Origin: Octopus vulgaris | Lineage: Eukaryota | NCBI GenBank assembly: GCA_951406725.2 | Contig: OX597831.1 | Location: 10,912,001-10,976,000, forward strand | Length of the DNA stretch: 64,000 nt | Direction of reading: 5' to 3' | In this document: positions 12,531-26,960 of the stretch, one piece after another | Position numbering within the stretch: position 1 is the stretch's first letter | Layout: each line of letters starts with the position of its first letter | Made by a program: the position numbers and the translations under genes | The notes under the pieces: model-generated | The model's input: the letters and a program-made list of their open reading frames with translations, nothing else | Told to the model about the DNA's origin: nothing | Database searches by the model: none

Positions 12531-12936
12531 ATAAAAAACCACTTATAGTTAAACACTTAATTTACTCACTCTCTACTATCTTATTTCAAACTCGTGTTTG
12601 GGCTGACATTTACGAGATGCTTTAATGAGAAATAATAACATCTAATAAAATGCCTGTATTCGTTGCTAAATTATCCTTTTTGCTGCCAATACATCACACA
12701 ACAGAAATTGGAATGCGAAGTTCCCTCTGTAAGGTTTCCTAACGGTTTCGTCCATAATACGAGAATGATATACATCGTTGTCATTAATCCTTCGCAAAGT
12801 AAATGAGAGGGAGACGGTGGGGCTGGGAATTCTCACGCTCGTTCAACCTTCTAGAAATAGCAGCCTAATCTTACTCATATCATACACTATCATCATTAAA
12901 AAAAGTAATAGTTGTTTGACTAATGTAGTTCTAAAT

Positions 12937-13131
12937 CAGTGTTTCCCAACCAGGGGTGCTCGCAACCCCAAGGGGTGCGAGATATCATTCCAGGGAGTGC
13001 GAATAGGGCTGGATTTATAGGGAGTCAAAGACGGCAATTGCCCAGGGCTACTTTATTCTTATATAAATTTTTACTTTAAGGGGTGCGAAAACATTAAAAG
13101 TTTTTAAAGGTGCAGGGCATAACAAAGGTTG
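12937..13131. mobile_element. hAT-like MITE remnant
   Basis: Starts cagtgtttcccaacc, has ggggtgcg subterminal repeats and ends aaaggttg (partial TIR). Confidence 0.5.
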
Positions 13132-14904
13132 CACGTAATACCTGGAAACGTGGGAATGTTGCAGGAATGCATTAAGCCTCATTTACCTGGAATGCAGTTA
13201 ATCATTAGTTTACCTGATCATGGCTGACCTTCAGTTAAAAAACAACAACAATAACAATTTAATTTGATCCACTTCGACTATAATGCAGTCAACTCTACCT
13301 GATCACTTAATTTACTACAAATAACAGGTAAATCTCACTAAATAAATGTGCGTGGGGTGGGGTCTTTTGTCTTCATCCACCGCTTGACAACCGGCATTGC
13401 TTTGTTTACGTACCCGAAAGAGACCGATAAAATAAGTACCAGGTGCAAGCAAAAATATGGCACAAGGGTCGGTAAGTACCAGTTGTGCACAGGGCGACTT
13501 AGCCCCTCGCCGAAACTGCTGTCCTTGGACCAAAGTTTGCAACCAGTATACTAATGGGAAGGATTTGTCAAAATCGTTAGAGCACCAAATGTAAATGTTT
13601 TTTAACGGTACCTATTTTCGGCACCAAACGTTCTCAGTTCAAATCTTACCAACACCAACCTTGTCTCTTATCATTCCGAAATTGAGTATTTGTAATTAAC
13701 TTTTTCCCCTCGAAAAATCAATTGGGCCGAACTCCCTACTTTGTGGTTACCTTTGATCTTACTCGACCAGATCTCAAACTATTTACTCCATGCGTGTCTC
13801 GAATAAATAAATCGGAAAATACATATTAAGTTATTGTGTTGGACAATTTTGCGTTGGAGTCTCTCCAGTAGTATTATGTAACAGAATCTCCAATCAATGA
13901 CAAACTACAGTGGAACTGTTTGCTATTTTGTAACATTACCATTCCTGCAATACAGAGTCATTATAACCACAACTGAGATCGATTCTTCTCTTTTTGTTTA
14001 GTTATTGCTGTTGTTGTTATTTCTGTCGTTGTAAAATTAATCCCTACCATTCTCTAATATTTCTTCTTTCCAACATATACATTGGCAAAGACACTTTTTT
14101 GAAAACTACTTCTAATTCCTCCGCACACATAGAGCGAGTTATTTAAGGAAAACAAACCTTTGTCGCTCGTGGCGTTCGGGTTTGTTTTTCTTTTCTCATT
14201 TTTTTTTCTTCTTCTTTTTCCTTTCTCTTTTCCTTCCTTTCGCTTCACCTCTACCACCATATCATCTTCATTCACCTCTTGTTGTTGCACCTCCCTCCTC
14301 ACCTACCTGCACTTTATCCGATCATTCCTCATTCACTGCCAACTGAAAGGACAGGAGAAAAATCGATGAATCAATAGCTATTTCGGGATAATGTGATCAA
14401 TCATAACCACAGGACTTTCTCTTATTTTCTCGTGTTTTATTTACCACGGCATTTCAAATATTAGAAAATGACAGAGATATACAAATGCGAACATAAACAC
14501 ACCCGGAATGACTCGCACAAACATGCCGAGAAATACACGCATAGACACACACGCCCCCCCCCCCACACACACACACACCATACACAACACACATACATGC
14601 ATGCGCGCGCACAAACACATGCACAGAACATGGTTTCAAAGACAGGAGCCAAGAAGGCTTTTCCCTCTCGCCATACGACCTGCTAAAAAATTGCAGTCAA
14701 ATTTACTTCAAATTTCACTTTATCATCTTCAATAAAAGAAAAAAAAAACTCGTTCGATAATATAACCTTAGACACTGCTAATATATGAGATGGTCATGGC
14801 TAGAATTTCATTGATCATATGTCCACTTGAGCAACGTTGACCTCAGGCTTCTAGTGAGTTTCACTCGAAGAATGGGCGCGCTAGCATACCTTGACACCTT
14901 GAAA

Positions 14905-15048
14905 TATATATTTCTTTACTACCCACAAGGGGCTAAACACAGAGGGGACAATCAAGGACAGACAAAACGGATTAAGTCGATTACATCGACCCCAGTGCAT
15001 AACTGGTACTTAATTTATCGACCCCGAAAGGATGAAAGGCAAAGTCGA
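14905..15048 (-). mobile_element. SINE family A, 5'-truncated, tail A
   Basis: Reverse complement of the body and tail of the 10197 copy. Confidence 0.8.
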
Positions 15049-15659
15049 TCTCATAGGCGCGCTAGCACACGTACACACACAAATATACACACATCATACA
15101 CAGTTTCCGAGATATGAGTATCTCTCTTCTACCTCATAAAGCGAACAGTAGATTCATGGCGTGCTATCATTTGAAACTCACGCCCAGGTATTTACCCAAA
15201 TAAATATTACTTTTATGTATATTTTTCCTATGCCAGTCAGCAATTAGTGTGCCGCTCATGTTAAAAAGTTTGTTTATAATTGCGGACTACTTACTTAACT
15301 GTCCTTCCGAAACAGGCGAAATAGTCCAACAATGAAATAGGTAAATCAGATGGCTTGCAAGGAAGGCGGGAAAACAACGGTTACATAACGGTCTTTATAG
15401 CCAACAGTTGAAGAGTCGTCCAGCGTAAACGGGTAACGCATTTTTCATCGGGAATGGAATGCCATTATTTTCCGGTTTGCTTTATTTCGAAGAATATATA
15501 AGTTAGATTAAGACTTCGTAAAGGCTTCTTCATTTTTTTCTTTTATTTTTTGCTTGTTTCACTCATTGGATTGCGGCCATGCTGGGCACAGCGTTTAAGA
15601 ATTTTAGTCGAACGAATTGACTCCAGTGCTTGTTTTTCAAGACTGATACATATCCTACA

Positions 15660-15660
<1 letters not shown>

Positions 15661-15743
<83 letters not shown>

Positions 15744-15760
15744 ACACACATACACATACA

Positions 15761-15830
<70 letters not shown>
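15661..15830. repeat. (CA)n microsatellite
   Basis: Directly visible. Confidence 0.98.
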
Positions 15831-15831
<1 letters not shown>

Positions 15832-16204
15832 CTATCGACATTCCTTCTACTCCATTCCGTTCAATTTTCTTTCTAAATATTTCACATTATTTAGTGCAAA
15901 GCTTTCGATGCCGGAGTTGAAGCTGTGTTTATCTTAGCAATCGAGAATGTCGCAGTCCACCTCGACTACTATTAGCAAGTAGCGAATGTAGTTTGCCGTT
16001 TTAATGTGATTATAGAATCAAGCAATCTCAGTAATTTATTTCGCATTTCTTCATTGGTTGATTCTATATTTTCTAGAATTGATGACGCAAAACCCTCACC
16101 AAAATGCATATGCACATAATGATGCGTCTTTCCATTTTGTCTTTCTAATATTTGCATCGTCATTTTTACACGCATGCACACAAACAAACACAAACACACG
16201 TATA

Positions 16205-16588
16205 TACTCTTTTACTCTTTTACTTGCTTCAGTCATTTGACTGTGGCCATGCTGGAGCACCGCCTTTAGTCGAGCAAATCGACCCCGGGACTTATTCTTT
16301 GTAAGCCCAGTACTTATTCTATCGGTCTCTTTTGCCGATGTGACGGGGACGTAAACACACCAGCATCGGTTGTCAAGCCATGCTAGGGGGACAAACACAC
16401 ACACACATATATATATACATATATACGACGGGCTTCTTTCAGTTTCCGTCTACCAAATCCACTCACAAGGCATTGGTCGGCCCGAGGGTATAGCAGAAGA
16501 CACTTGCCCAAGATGCCACGCAATGGGACTGAACCCGGAACCATGTGGTTGGTAAGCAAGCTGCTTACCACACAAACACTCCTGCGCC

Positions 16589-16590
<2 letters not shown>
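16205..16590 (-). mobile_element. SINE family B, full length (tRNA head, CORE-like cttgggcaag, internal microsatellite, LINE-like tail)
   Basis: Reverse complement of 30922-31345; (GTAAAAGA)n tail. Confidence 0.9.
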
Positions 16591-16627
<37 letters not shown>

Positions 16628-16670
16628 TTATGTGTGTGTGTGTGTATGTGTGTATGTATGTATGTGTGTA

Positions 16671-16976
16671 GGTGAAGTCGCATGGCCTAGTGGTTAAGTG
16701 AGTTGTACTAAGGATCATAAGATCATGGTTTCGATTCCCAGACTGTGTGTTGTGTTGTTCTGAAGCAAAACACCTCATCTCACGTCGTTCCAGTCCACTC
16801 AGCTGTGAATGGGTCACATCCCTGCAACGGACTGGCCCTACCCATCAGAGCGGATTTGTTTCGCTCGCCTAGTCAACGGTGTGGCATCATTCGAAAGCTA
16901 AAGCGATGCGAAGCGCATTGTGACCAGTGATGCATAACACAATCCAATTGTTTCATCGATCATGGGATCACGTGAT
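16671..16976 (+). mobile_element. SINE family C (tRNA head, ATCACGTG tail)
   Basis: A-box tggcctagtgg, B-box-like gtttcgattcc. Tail homologous to 20406-20533 (-). Confidence 0.7.
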
Positions 16977-17067
16977 ATAGACATATGTTATTGGCTTTGT
17001 TCTTTTTTTCCCCCCTTTCTACGGGTGTTTTATCTCTTCAGGAAGAAGACAATAACATTGGTCACTC

Positions 17068-17446
17068 AAGGCGGGAGGAAACGTTTAGCGGTATTTCGTC
17101 TGTCTTTACGTCCTGAATTCAAATTCCGCCGAGGTCGACTTTGCCTTTCATCCTTTCGGGGTCGATAAATTAAGTACCAGTTATGCACTGGGGTCGATCT
17201 AATTGACTTAATCCGTTTGTCTGTCCTTGTTTGTCCCCTCTGTAGCCCCTTGTGGGTAGTAAAGAAATAGGTATTTCGTCTGTCTTTACGTCCTGAATTC
17301 AAATTCCGCCGAGGTCGAATTTGACTTTTATCCTTTCGCGGTCGATAAATTAAGAAATTAAGTGCCAATTACATATTGGTGTCGATCTAATTGACTGGCT
17401 CCTTCCCCAAGAATTTGAGGCCTTGTGCCTAGAGTAGAAAAGAATA
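17068..17446 (+). mobile_element. SINE family A dimer (tail A unit followed by tail B unit)
   Basis: Identical 49 bp blocks at 17090-17138 and 17270-17318; the two units carry different 3' tails. Confidence 0.85.
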
Positions 17447-17746
17447 ACTTTGAGAACTCAAAATCTAAACACACTCGCAGGAGTTTATGTCGGAATTCAT
17501 TTCCCAGAGTAAAACATTCTCAGCGTTTTCCTTTAACTGGTTAAACTTGTTATTGCTTAAAACTAGTGTAACTTAGCGACACCAGATCCCTAGTAACAGG
17601 CCAGCGAAGTAACTAAACATTTAAATTTTATATCGAAACTAACGGAAGTGACTCCATCTGCCCCCATCTTTTGTTGCTTAACCGTTCCCCCCTTATTTCC
17701 TTTTCCTTGTTTCCTTGTCGATATTTTGATCTATTATATTTTTACT

Positions 17747-18270
17747 GTTGTTTTTTTTTCTTTTTTTTTTCTAAATAATATTTTTTGGAAATAATATTGG
17801 TTTCTAATTTTGACACAAAACCAGCAATTTTTGGGGAGGAGTTAAGCCGGATACATGGACCCCAGTGTTCAACTGTTACTTATTTTATCAATCCCGAAAG
17901 AATGAAAGGCAAAGCCGACCTCGGCGTAATTTGAACTCAGAACATAAACACAGATGAAATATTGCTAAGCATTTCGTCCGGTGTGCTAACGATTGTACCA
18001 TTTCAACAAAGACAGTGAAATGGTACAATCGTTAGCACACCGGACGAAATGCTTAGCAATATTTCATCTGTGTTTATGTTCTGAGTTCAAATTACGCCGA
18101 GGTCGGCTTTGCCTTTCATTCTTTCGGGTTCGATAAAATATGTACCAGTTGAACACTGGGGTCCATGTATCCGGCTTAACCCCTCCCCCAAAATTGCTGG
18201 TTTTGTGTCAAAATTAGAAACCAATATTATTTCAAAAAATATTATTTAGAAAAAAAGAAAAAAAAAACAG
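17747..18270. repeat. Near-perfect inverted repeat (~255 bp arms, 10 bp spacer) made of a SINE A copy plus flank
   Basis: Left arm ends ...gattgtaccatttca (18005), spacer acaaagacag, right arm starts tgaaatggtacaatc (18016); few mismatches. Confidence 0.93.
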
Positions 18271-18443
18271 CGGGAGAGGGGGATAGTCGATTGCATCGAC
18301 CCCATTACTCAGCTGGTAATTAATTTATCGACCCCGAAATGTAATGTTGACCTCAGCGGAATTTGAACCCAGAATGTAGCGACGGGCGAAATGCCGTTTA
18401 GCATTTTGTCCAGTGTGCTAACAATTCTGCCAGCTCACCGCCA
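18271..18443 (-). mobile_element. SINE family A copy
   Basis: Reverse complement of the head and body. Confidence 0.75.
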
Positions 18444-19245
18444 TTTTTGTTGTTGAAACAATATTAAATAAAGATAGATTTTATTTTTTAAAAAATAATG
18501 AAAACATTTAAGACTGGATTATTAAAAGATGACTTGATAATCTCTCAGACTTGAATTCATTGTTATGAGGAAATTAACTGATTTGTAGTTTCTTACTCAT
18601 GAGAGATACAACATACTTTAGTTACATTTATACTTCGATATTCTTAAGTAAAACAGAAAATTGTAAACATGAAACAGCAAGGTAATATTGAATTCCATAT
18701 GCAAATGTTTGTGGTAGAACCGCAGGGATAATTTCTGCAAAAATCTATACGAAATAGTGTGTTATATAAACTAAGAAAATTTCATAGAGATTGTCAAGGA
18801 ATCGGGAAAAGGTAAATATAAAATACATGAGGCAGCAGAGACTGGAACATTGCTTACAAAGGAAAAGCAAAACATGAAGCAATAAAGGTTTTGGGCAGAA
18901 AACGATCAGGAAAATCTATTACTTGAGGAAATAGCTTCCGAATATCAAAATAGAGTGAGCGATTTCAAGATTGAATATACAATCCAGTTTTAAAAGATAT
19001 CTTATATGATTTGAATGAAAGATAAAGCACATTGGCAACGAGAAAGATTAAGACATTCAGCAAATTCGTTTTCAAACACAAAGGAACTCTATAGTGGCAA
19101 AATTACCGCAAAAAAAGAACAGAAAGAAAAATAAATATTTAACAAAATAATAAATTGGTATTATTAATAGGAACGATATACCTCTATAGAAAACCCGCAA
19201 TAGAAAACGGAGCAAAAAAGCAAGAAATCTCAAGAACATTAATGT

Positions 19246-19710
<465 letters not shown>

Positions 19711-20124
19711 TCATCCCAAACCTAGTGACAGACAGGCATCAAAGAGATTAAAGTAAATGTTGAATAAAATCTTCAAAGAGAGGAGAAAAAAAAAGCTTTT
19801 GATGTACACCACATGAAAATTATGCGGTACGTTTCCAAACGATTTGGACGCCCATTTTGTTTCTTTGATCGAAGCATTACATGAAGAAATATGTGGAACA
19901 GGAATAAATAGGCTTATTTATCTAAAGCATTCTTAAATGTAGCTGAGGAAAATTTGTGCTATAGCTACCTCGCACCTCACTCTGTATCTGACGACTGCTC
20001 ATTCTGAAATAAGTCCCGATAAATTTGCTAGGGTATTTGCAGGCTAAGTTCCCTTTTTGTGCAAATTTTCGCTCAAAGGACAACCTCTAAAATCTCGTAC
20101 ACTAAAGACATTTAATTATTTAAT

Positions 20125-20285
20125 TACTTAAGCTCTTCACTACCTCCAGAGGTTAAGCCAGCAACAACATTTCTGCACTCTTTTCGAATCTGGACTATCT
20201 TTTATACTTCACTTCAGCTGATTCCCTGCTTTTTCAAATCTGTCTCATCGGCTTTTAATGGCAAACTGATGAGGATGCATCGTAG
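20125..20285 (-). mobile_element. Degenerate RTE-clade LINE 3' end
   Basis: Broken translation DETDLKKQGIS*SEV...IRKECRNVVAGLTSGGSEELK* with a taagtaa tail. A similar segment lies at 21830-21955 (+). Confidence 0.35.
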
Positions 20286-20356
20286 CTCTTCACCCCCACA
20301 TTCGAAACTCCGAGTACTAATTATGACAAGCGTTTACTGTTTGCTCTAACTTATAT

Positions 20357-20642
<286 letters not shown>

Positions 20643-22181
20643 ACGAGCTTCCACAATCACCGTCTACTAACTACACTAACAAGCACTGATCGGCTCGGGG
20701 TCAGCCAATAGGTGTTCTGGTAACAGATGGAACGCCCCACAATTTCTTGGCTCACCCTCTGCTACCCTATTAATTGTCCTGCACATGTTATCAACTGGAA
20801 GCTAAATAACATATTGAAACAGTATTTTATATTTCTTCTTGGGAATATATTTGTGCATGCAAATGTGTAGAATAATATTCTTCTGAAGAATTATATAAAA
20901 CAAAAGTTTCTTTTATTCTCATTGATTTCAAAGTCTGAAGCTGAATGTGACTTCCTAAAGATATTGGCAAAGTATTCACTGTTTGGGAATTATAATTTGC
21001 TTTGTATCGCTTGCCATAGCAATTACTCGCTGTTGCTGGCTGTACAATAAAAGGATACCTAACAGATATTTAATTAATGCTTCTCAAATAAAATGGAGCC
21101 AAATAAGTCGACACTCTCAAAGTGGAGACAACATTTCTGAAATCTAAACAAATGTAGACAAGATATTTATTTGTTTGTCTCTTTTTACAGCCTAACTATA
21201 AAGTGAAATGTTTTAACATTATAATAAATTATCTTATTTGTTTTCTCGTCTGTTTTCTTATGTTTTTACGTTTCCTTTCGAAATAATGCACATTTGATAT
21301 TTTGCTATAGAAATGTCTTAATTTTACTTCAGGCGAAGGAGAATAATATGGCAGTATCTCGCTGCAAGCGATAGAAGTCTGTATTTCTCCCACTTTAACT
21401 ATCATACATCATTTAAACTTAAATAATGACATCAATATCACAACAGTCATTTACACTCAACGTCGAAATTGAAGACGTATGTTTAAGAACTTCATTTGAG
21501 TAAGTGCCTTAATACAGAAAGTGCTTTGGCCACAAGGTCTAATCCCTGTTGTGGTGTTTTGGTTTGTGCTCCTCGGTGAAATTAAGAGCTATTTCTGCTG
21601 AAGGCAAGCTCCTGATAAGGTTTCCCATGCTGGCTATGTTAAACGATAGACGCCGAACTAAAACGGGCTGATCATCGCTTCCTGGAGGTAAAAATAGTTG
21701 CATGGAGCCAACACTTCTGTTCAGGAAAAGCAAAGATACAGAAGCAAAAATGACTACTGACTGAAAGCCAATAAGACCTGAAGAGGAAGGCTTTCTATCG
21801 GAGAAACTAAGGATGCAGTGCAGCAAAATTCGAAAGGACTCTGCAAGAAGCAGGGATCCATTTGGCGAGGTACAAAAAAGACAACTCAGAGTCGAGAACT
21901 GTGGGAAAATGACGGTGACCTATACATACCTAGGGAACAAAGAGCTCAAGTCAGTGTGATCATATCTGACGGCAGAAGCCGAGAACATTGTCCGGTTATT
22001 ATGATTTCAGTGAAAAGCCTATTTGATTTTTGTCTAGCGTTTCCAAAATTCTTGAATATAAAATTAAAATACTAACCGTTTATTTCTAGACCCCAAAACA
22101 TACAGATTGACAGGTACAATACGACGTCCGGCTTAACACCACCTTCCTGTCATTGTTTGAGTTTGGCGGTGACTGCTATAT

Positions 22182-22474
22182 CAGTGGTTCCAAAAGCAGG
22201 CGGTGGAAAGTTCCAAAGGGGCGTTGAAGAAGACTGGGACGATATCGGGGTAGCAACTCATGTAAAAAGTGGGGTGATAATGGGGAAGTGATTCGTGTAA
22301 AAACAAAATAATGGGTTCATTAGGTTAACAGTTTAAGTTTTAGTGAAATACATCTACTTAGAATTTGCTTTAGAAAGAGGTCAATGTTTCTGATGGTTAG
22401 TTGGGGGTGAGGGCACTAGGAATGTGGCCTGAGTGTCAAGTGGGCGGCAGCCCGAAAAAGCTTGGAAACCACCG
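22182..22474. mobile_element. hAT-type MITE
   Basis: Imperfect TIRs cagtggttccaa / ttggaaaccaccg; 8 bp TSD tgctatat / cgctatat. Confidence 0.75.
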
Positions 22475-22930
22475 CGCTATATCATAAGTCCCTTGGGTCT
22501 GTCATCCTCTCTGAGGATAAATTACTCTCTTCTTCCCACCAGTCACGGTGGTTCTGAAATATGTTACGGACGCAGTCATTTCTTCTCTAATTAGTCTCTT
22601 AACAAGAAACCTGATGTCTACGTAAAGAGGTTTTCCACTTAAGGCATTAGGATCTATTTTAAGTCGATCACAAACACTAAAACCTATTAACATGAAACAT
22701 TAATCATTATTCCATTATAAGCGATTCAGACATAAATCCAAAGTCTACTTTTAATGGATTTGGTATACTATATTGTGTAAAACGTAGATTTGATATATCT
22801 TTTACACAATGTGTGTATATATACGCGTGTGAGTGTATCTCTTAGCCTTTCTTTCTTTCTTTTTTTCTCTCTCCTCTCTCTATCTCTCTATCTCTCTTTA
22901 TATATATATGTATATATGTATTTATGTATG

Positions 22931-22977
<47 letters not shown>

Positions 22978-22978
22978 G

Positions 22979-23010
<32 letters not shown>

Positions 23011-23039
23011 CATGAATGTGTGTGTATATGTTTGTGTGT

Positions 23040-23226
23040 CTGTGTTTTATCCCCTAACATCGCTTCACAAACGATGCTGGTGTGTTTATGTCCCCGTAAC
23101 TTAGCGGTTCGGCAAAAGAGAATAAGTACTACGATTACAAAAAATAAGTCCTGGGGTCGATTTACTCGACTAAAGGCGGTGCTCCAGCATGGTTGCAGTC
23201 AAATGACTGAAACAAGTAAAAGAGTA
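23040..23226 (+). mobile_element. SINE family B, 3' half
   Basis: gatgctggtgtgttt...ggcggtgctccagcatgg...cagtcaaatgactgaaac. Confidence 0.8.
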
Positions 23227-23257
<31 letters not shown>

Positions 23258-23280
23258 TATACATATATACATACATATAT

Positions 23281-23329
<49 letters not shown>

Positions 23330-23333
23330 TATT

Positions 23334-23366
<33 letters not shown>

Positions 23367-24679
23367 ATGAGTGTGTATATGTATATATATATATATCCTA
23401 GAAGTGAGGAATTTGCGGGGTCGGTTGACTGTCGGATAGTCTTGCGATATTCATTCCAGTTGTCTTCATACCCTACCATTGGGAATTTTGTCTTTTATTC
23501 TTTGGGGATCAATAAATAAATTGCCAATTCAGTATATAGGATAAACCTTTTCTCTTTATGACTGAAATAAATCTGTTGTGATCGCATCTTGATATGGCTG
23601 ATTCCGACAGGTTTATATACCCAAGACACGTGAGGCATCGATTCTTTGCAAGAACTAAGTGTGGATATATATTTGAGTAACCTGTTATTCCAGCAAATTA
23701 TTTTGTTCCTTTTAAAATGAATGATGGATTCTTAGAACTTCCATGTGTAATATCTTTTTGTTAAGAATATAACTTTTCAGGGGCATTTTCCACAAAGATC
23801 TCAGCCCTTCTCAATTACATCTCTTACTCATTATGCTCCCTAATTCTTGCCTGTATCCTTAAATTTGCATTAAATTTTCCCTGTTTCAAAATAGATACTA
23901 GAGAAACCCTACGCATGCTATTTTGAAATATGATAATCAAAACCTCTTTTGTGTGAAGTCATCATATAAACAACGCCTGATTTATATTAAAAATCATTTG
24001 TAGTAAAATTATCGTAGATCTCTTTAAAAGAAAATTTCAATTGGCTTTTAATGTTGCTTTTTTTTTTCCAAGGACTGACCTTAATTTGTAGACGTCGCAA
24101 AGAACGTCAACAATATATTATGTATCATAATCGCTAAATCATTTATTGCTATCTCTGCTAAAAGTGTTTTAAGGTGTATAAATTGTCTTAAAAGTACGTT
24201 TGAAATATCAGCTTATAGTATAAATCTATTAATATTTGATTCTTGCTAAGTAGATAATTCTAGACTTTCAAAGTATGATTGACACGAAGAACAGACCAAC
24301 ACCACTTCTGTTCTGACCTTATAACCATAAGTGCTTTAAAATGTTCCCAACTCTAAAGTTGGTGCGTCAACCTCCTCCGCAAAATGGCCGACTCATTCTT
24401 AAGCGATATCTATCATGCAACCATTGCACATGATTGTGAAGAGGTAATGGGGGGTGCTTTAATTTGCCATACATTCACTTAGAAAGAACAGTCACGCATT
24501 CCTCAAATCACACGCATACGTGTTTAAGGAGAAAAAAAAGAGGGACATACATACAGTTTAAACATACCCGATACACAATGCTTGACAATAAGACTGGGTG
24601 GCCATGCATAGAACGCCGTCGATTATAGATTCGCTCGATCAGAGACGGGTTGGGTTAAACAACTTCTGCTATTGTAGCT

Positions 24680-24706
24680 ACTACTACTACTACTACTACT
24701 ACTAAT

Positions 24707-24762
<56 letters not shown>

Positions 24763-24790
24763 TTAATAATAATAATAATAATAATAAAAT

Positions 24791-24822
<32 letters not shown>

Positions 24823-24844
24823 GTAATAATAATAATAATAAAAT

Positions 24845-24902
<58 letters not shown>
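24680..24902. repeat. (CTA)n/(AAT)n microsatellite
   Basis: Directly visible. Confidence 0.97.
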
Positions 24903-25472
24903 TTCAGCTATTTTAGTAGGCTCCCGTGTTAGATTGATCGTTTAGCCGATAAATGGAGTATTGTAGATTTTGGTGCTTAGCTCTCTTGGGCCATAAACGT
25001 TCCAACAATGACGAAATCGTTCTTTAATTCCAGACAATATTCGTAAAACTACGTTATCGAATGTGTCAGACAATAGCGTGTGATGCGATTTAGAAGACAT
25101 TTGGTTGCTCTTTCTGTCATTTTGAGAGACTGCTTTCAAACTACTTCAAAGACTAAACAATTTAAGTGGATCTTCGTCATAAAACCAATTCTCATTCTTG
25201 TCACCTTTAATTGACTTTTTTTTATTATTTTGTCTTTCTTGAAGGTGAAACATTCATTCCACTTACATGGACTTTACCGGTAAGTACAGATATTTCACTT
25301 TACTCTTCGCTCCGTTTGGTTTCGCACTTTTCTGTGTGAATCGTTTCGATGTTCTCTTTTCTTTTTATATTTGAATGATCCATTTCTTTGTCAAAACGAA
25401 ACTTTATAAAAGTGTGTGTGTGTGTGTGTGTGTATTTCAGTAGGCATGAATGCGAAACTGTATCTTTGTATG

Positions 25473-25519
<47 letters not shown>

Positions 25520-25676
25520 CGGTTTGAGGTATAAAAACAAGTATATTCTTTTTACGAAGGCAAGTAGAGTTCCTGCAAGCTGACCGACATAAGAAATCAG
25601 GACCGTGCGTGGAAGAGGCAGAACAAGTATACATATGTGTGTGCATACATATATACATATGTATATATATATATAT

Positions 25677-25771
<95 letters not shown>

Positions 25772-25807
25772 GCATATATGTTTGTATGTATGTGTGGGAG
25801 TATATAT

Positions 25808-25851
<44 letters not shown>

Positions 25852-26154
25852 AAAGAATCAAAGGAAAACAAGCGTTAAGGCAAGGCAAACATCTCAAGTC
25901 ATAATGATGCATTATTATTATTGGCTTTTTTATTGCCCAATAATAATAATGTATATGAGTTGAGATGCTTAACTCGAGTTAATGTTTGTTGTCCTCTTTA
26001 ACAATTATATATCCCCTGCATCATAAATCTGCAATGGCTGTATAACTACCGTCTCGGCTATAAACCTGGAGCCCTAGTAATCCGTTACAGCACTTACCTA
26101 GCGAACCTAATCGTTCAGATCACCTATATTGAAGCACCATACTTTGTATATATG

Positions 26155-26203
<49 letters not shown>

Positions 26204-26261
26204 TTGCCTGTCTGTGTGTTTATCTGTGTGTGTCTGTGCGTGTATAATGTATATATATATT

Positions 26262-26960
26262 AGGTCTGGGGAAAGGTCTAGGGAATAAGCTGGGTAGGGA
26301 AGAACATCGTAGCCAAGTTCCCTGAACTTCTGGAGCGTCATTAGTGAAACGTGTGGTCGATCATTGTCATGAAGAATGATTGGCCCTCTTCCGTTGGCAA
26401 TTCCACGGCAACATGTTTCTGCAGTAATGGTTTCTCCGGGTTTTAGGAAGTTATTTGTGGATGAGTCGAGCAGTACACCACCAAACAGTCACCATAACCT
26501 TCTTGTTGAAGAGCTCGGGTTTAGGGAAGGTTTTCGGTGCTTCGTTTTGGTCCAACCCTTTTGAAAACGTTTTTCCTTTTTTTCTTATTAATGTACAGAA
26601 TCCACTTTTCATCGCAAGTTACAATACAGTCAAGAATTAAATCGGTCTGGTTACGGGGAAGAAACAACGAACAAATTTCATATCTGCGCATTTTCTGATT
26701 TTCATTTAAATCGTGTGTTACCCTTTTGTTGAGTTTTTATTTTCCCATCGCATACAAATGGTCGCAGGTTCTTTTGCCAGTTCTCGAGTGGTTTTACGTG
26801 GATCTTTCTCAATGACGGTCTTTAATTGACCGTCATCGATGATGGATGGGCGTCTACTACGCTCACGATCTTCAAGGCTCAGGTTTTCACTAGAAAATCG
26901 CCTAAACCATTTTCGAGCTGACCACTCAGTGATCATTTCTTCACCAAACAGATTTTCATG
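26262..26960 (-). mobile_element. mariner transposase relic
   Basis: Fragments WFRRFSSENLSLEDRERSRRP...DPRKTTRELA, IVTCDEKWILY and GYDVLPYPAYSLDLSP (YSPDL motif); frameshifted. Confidence 0.88.
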
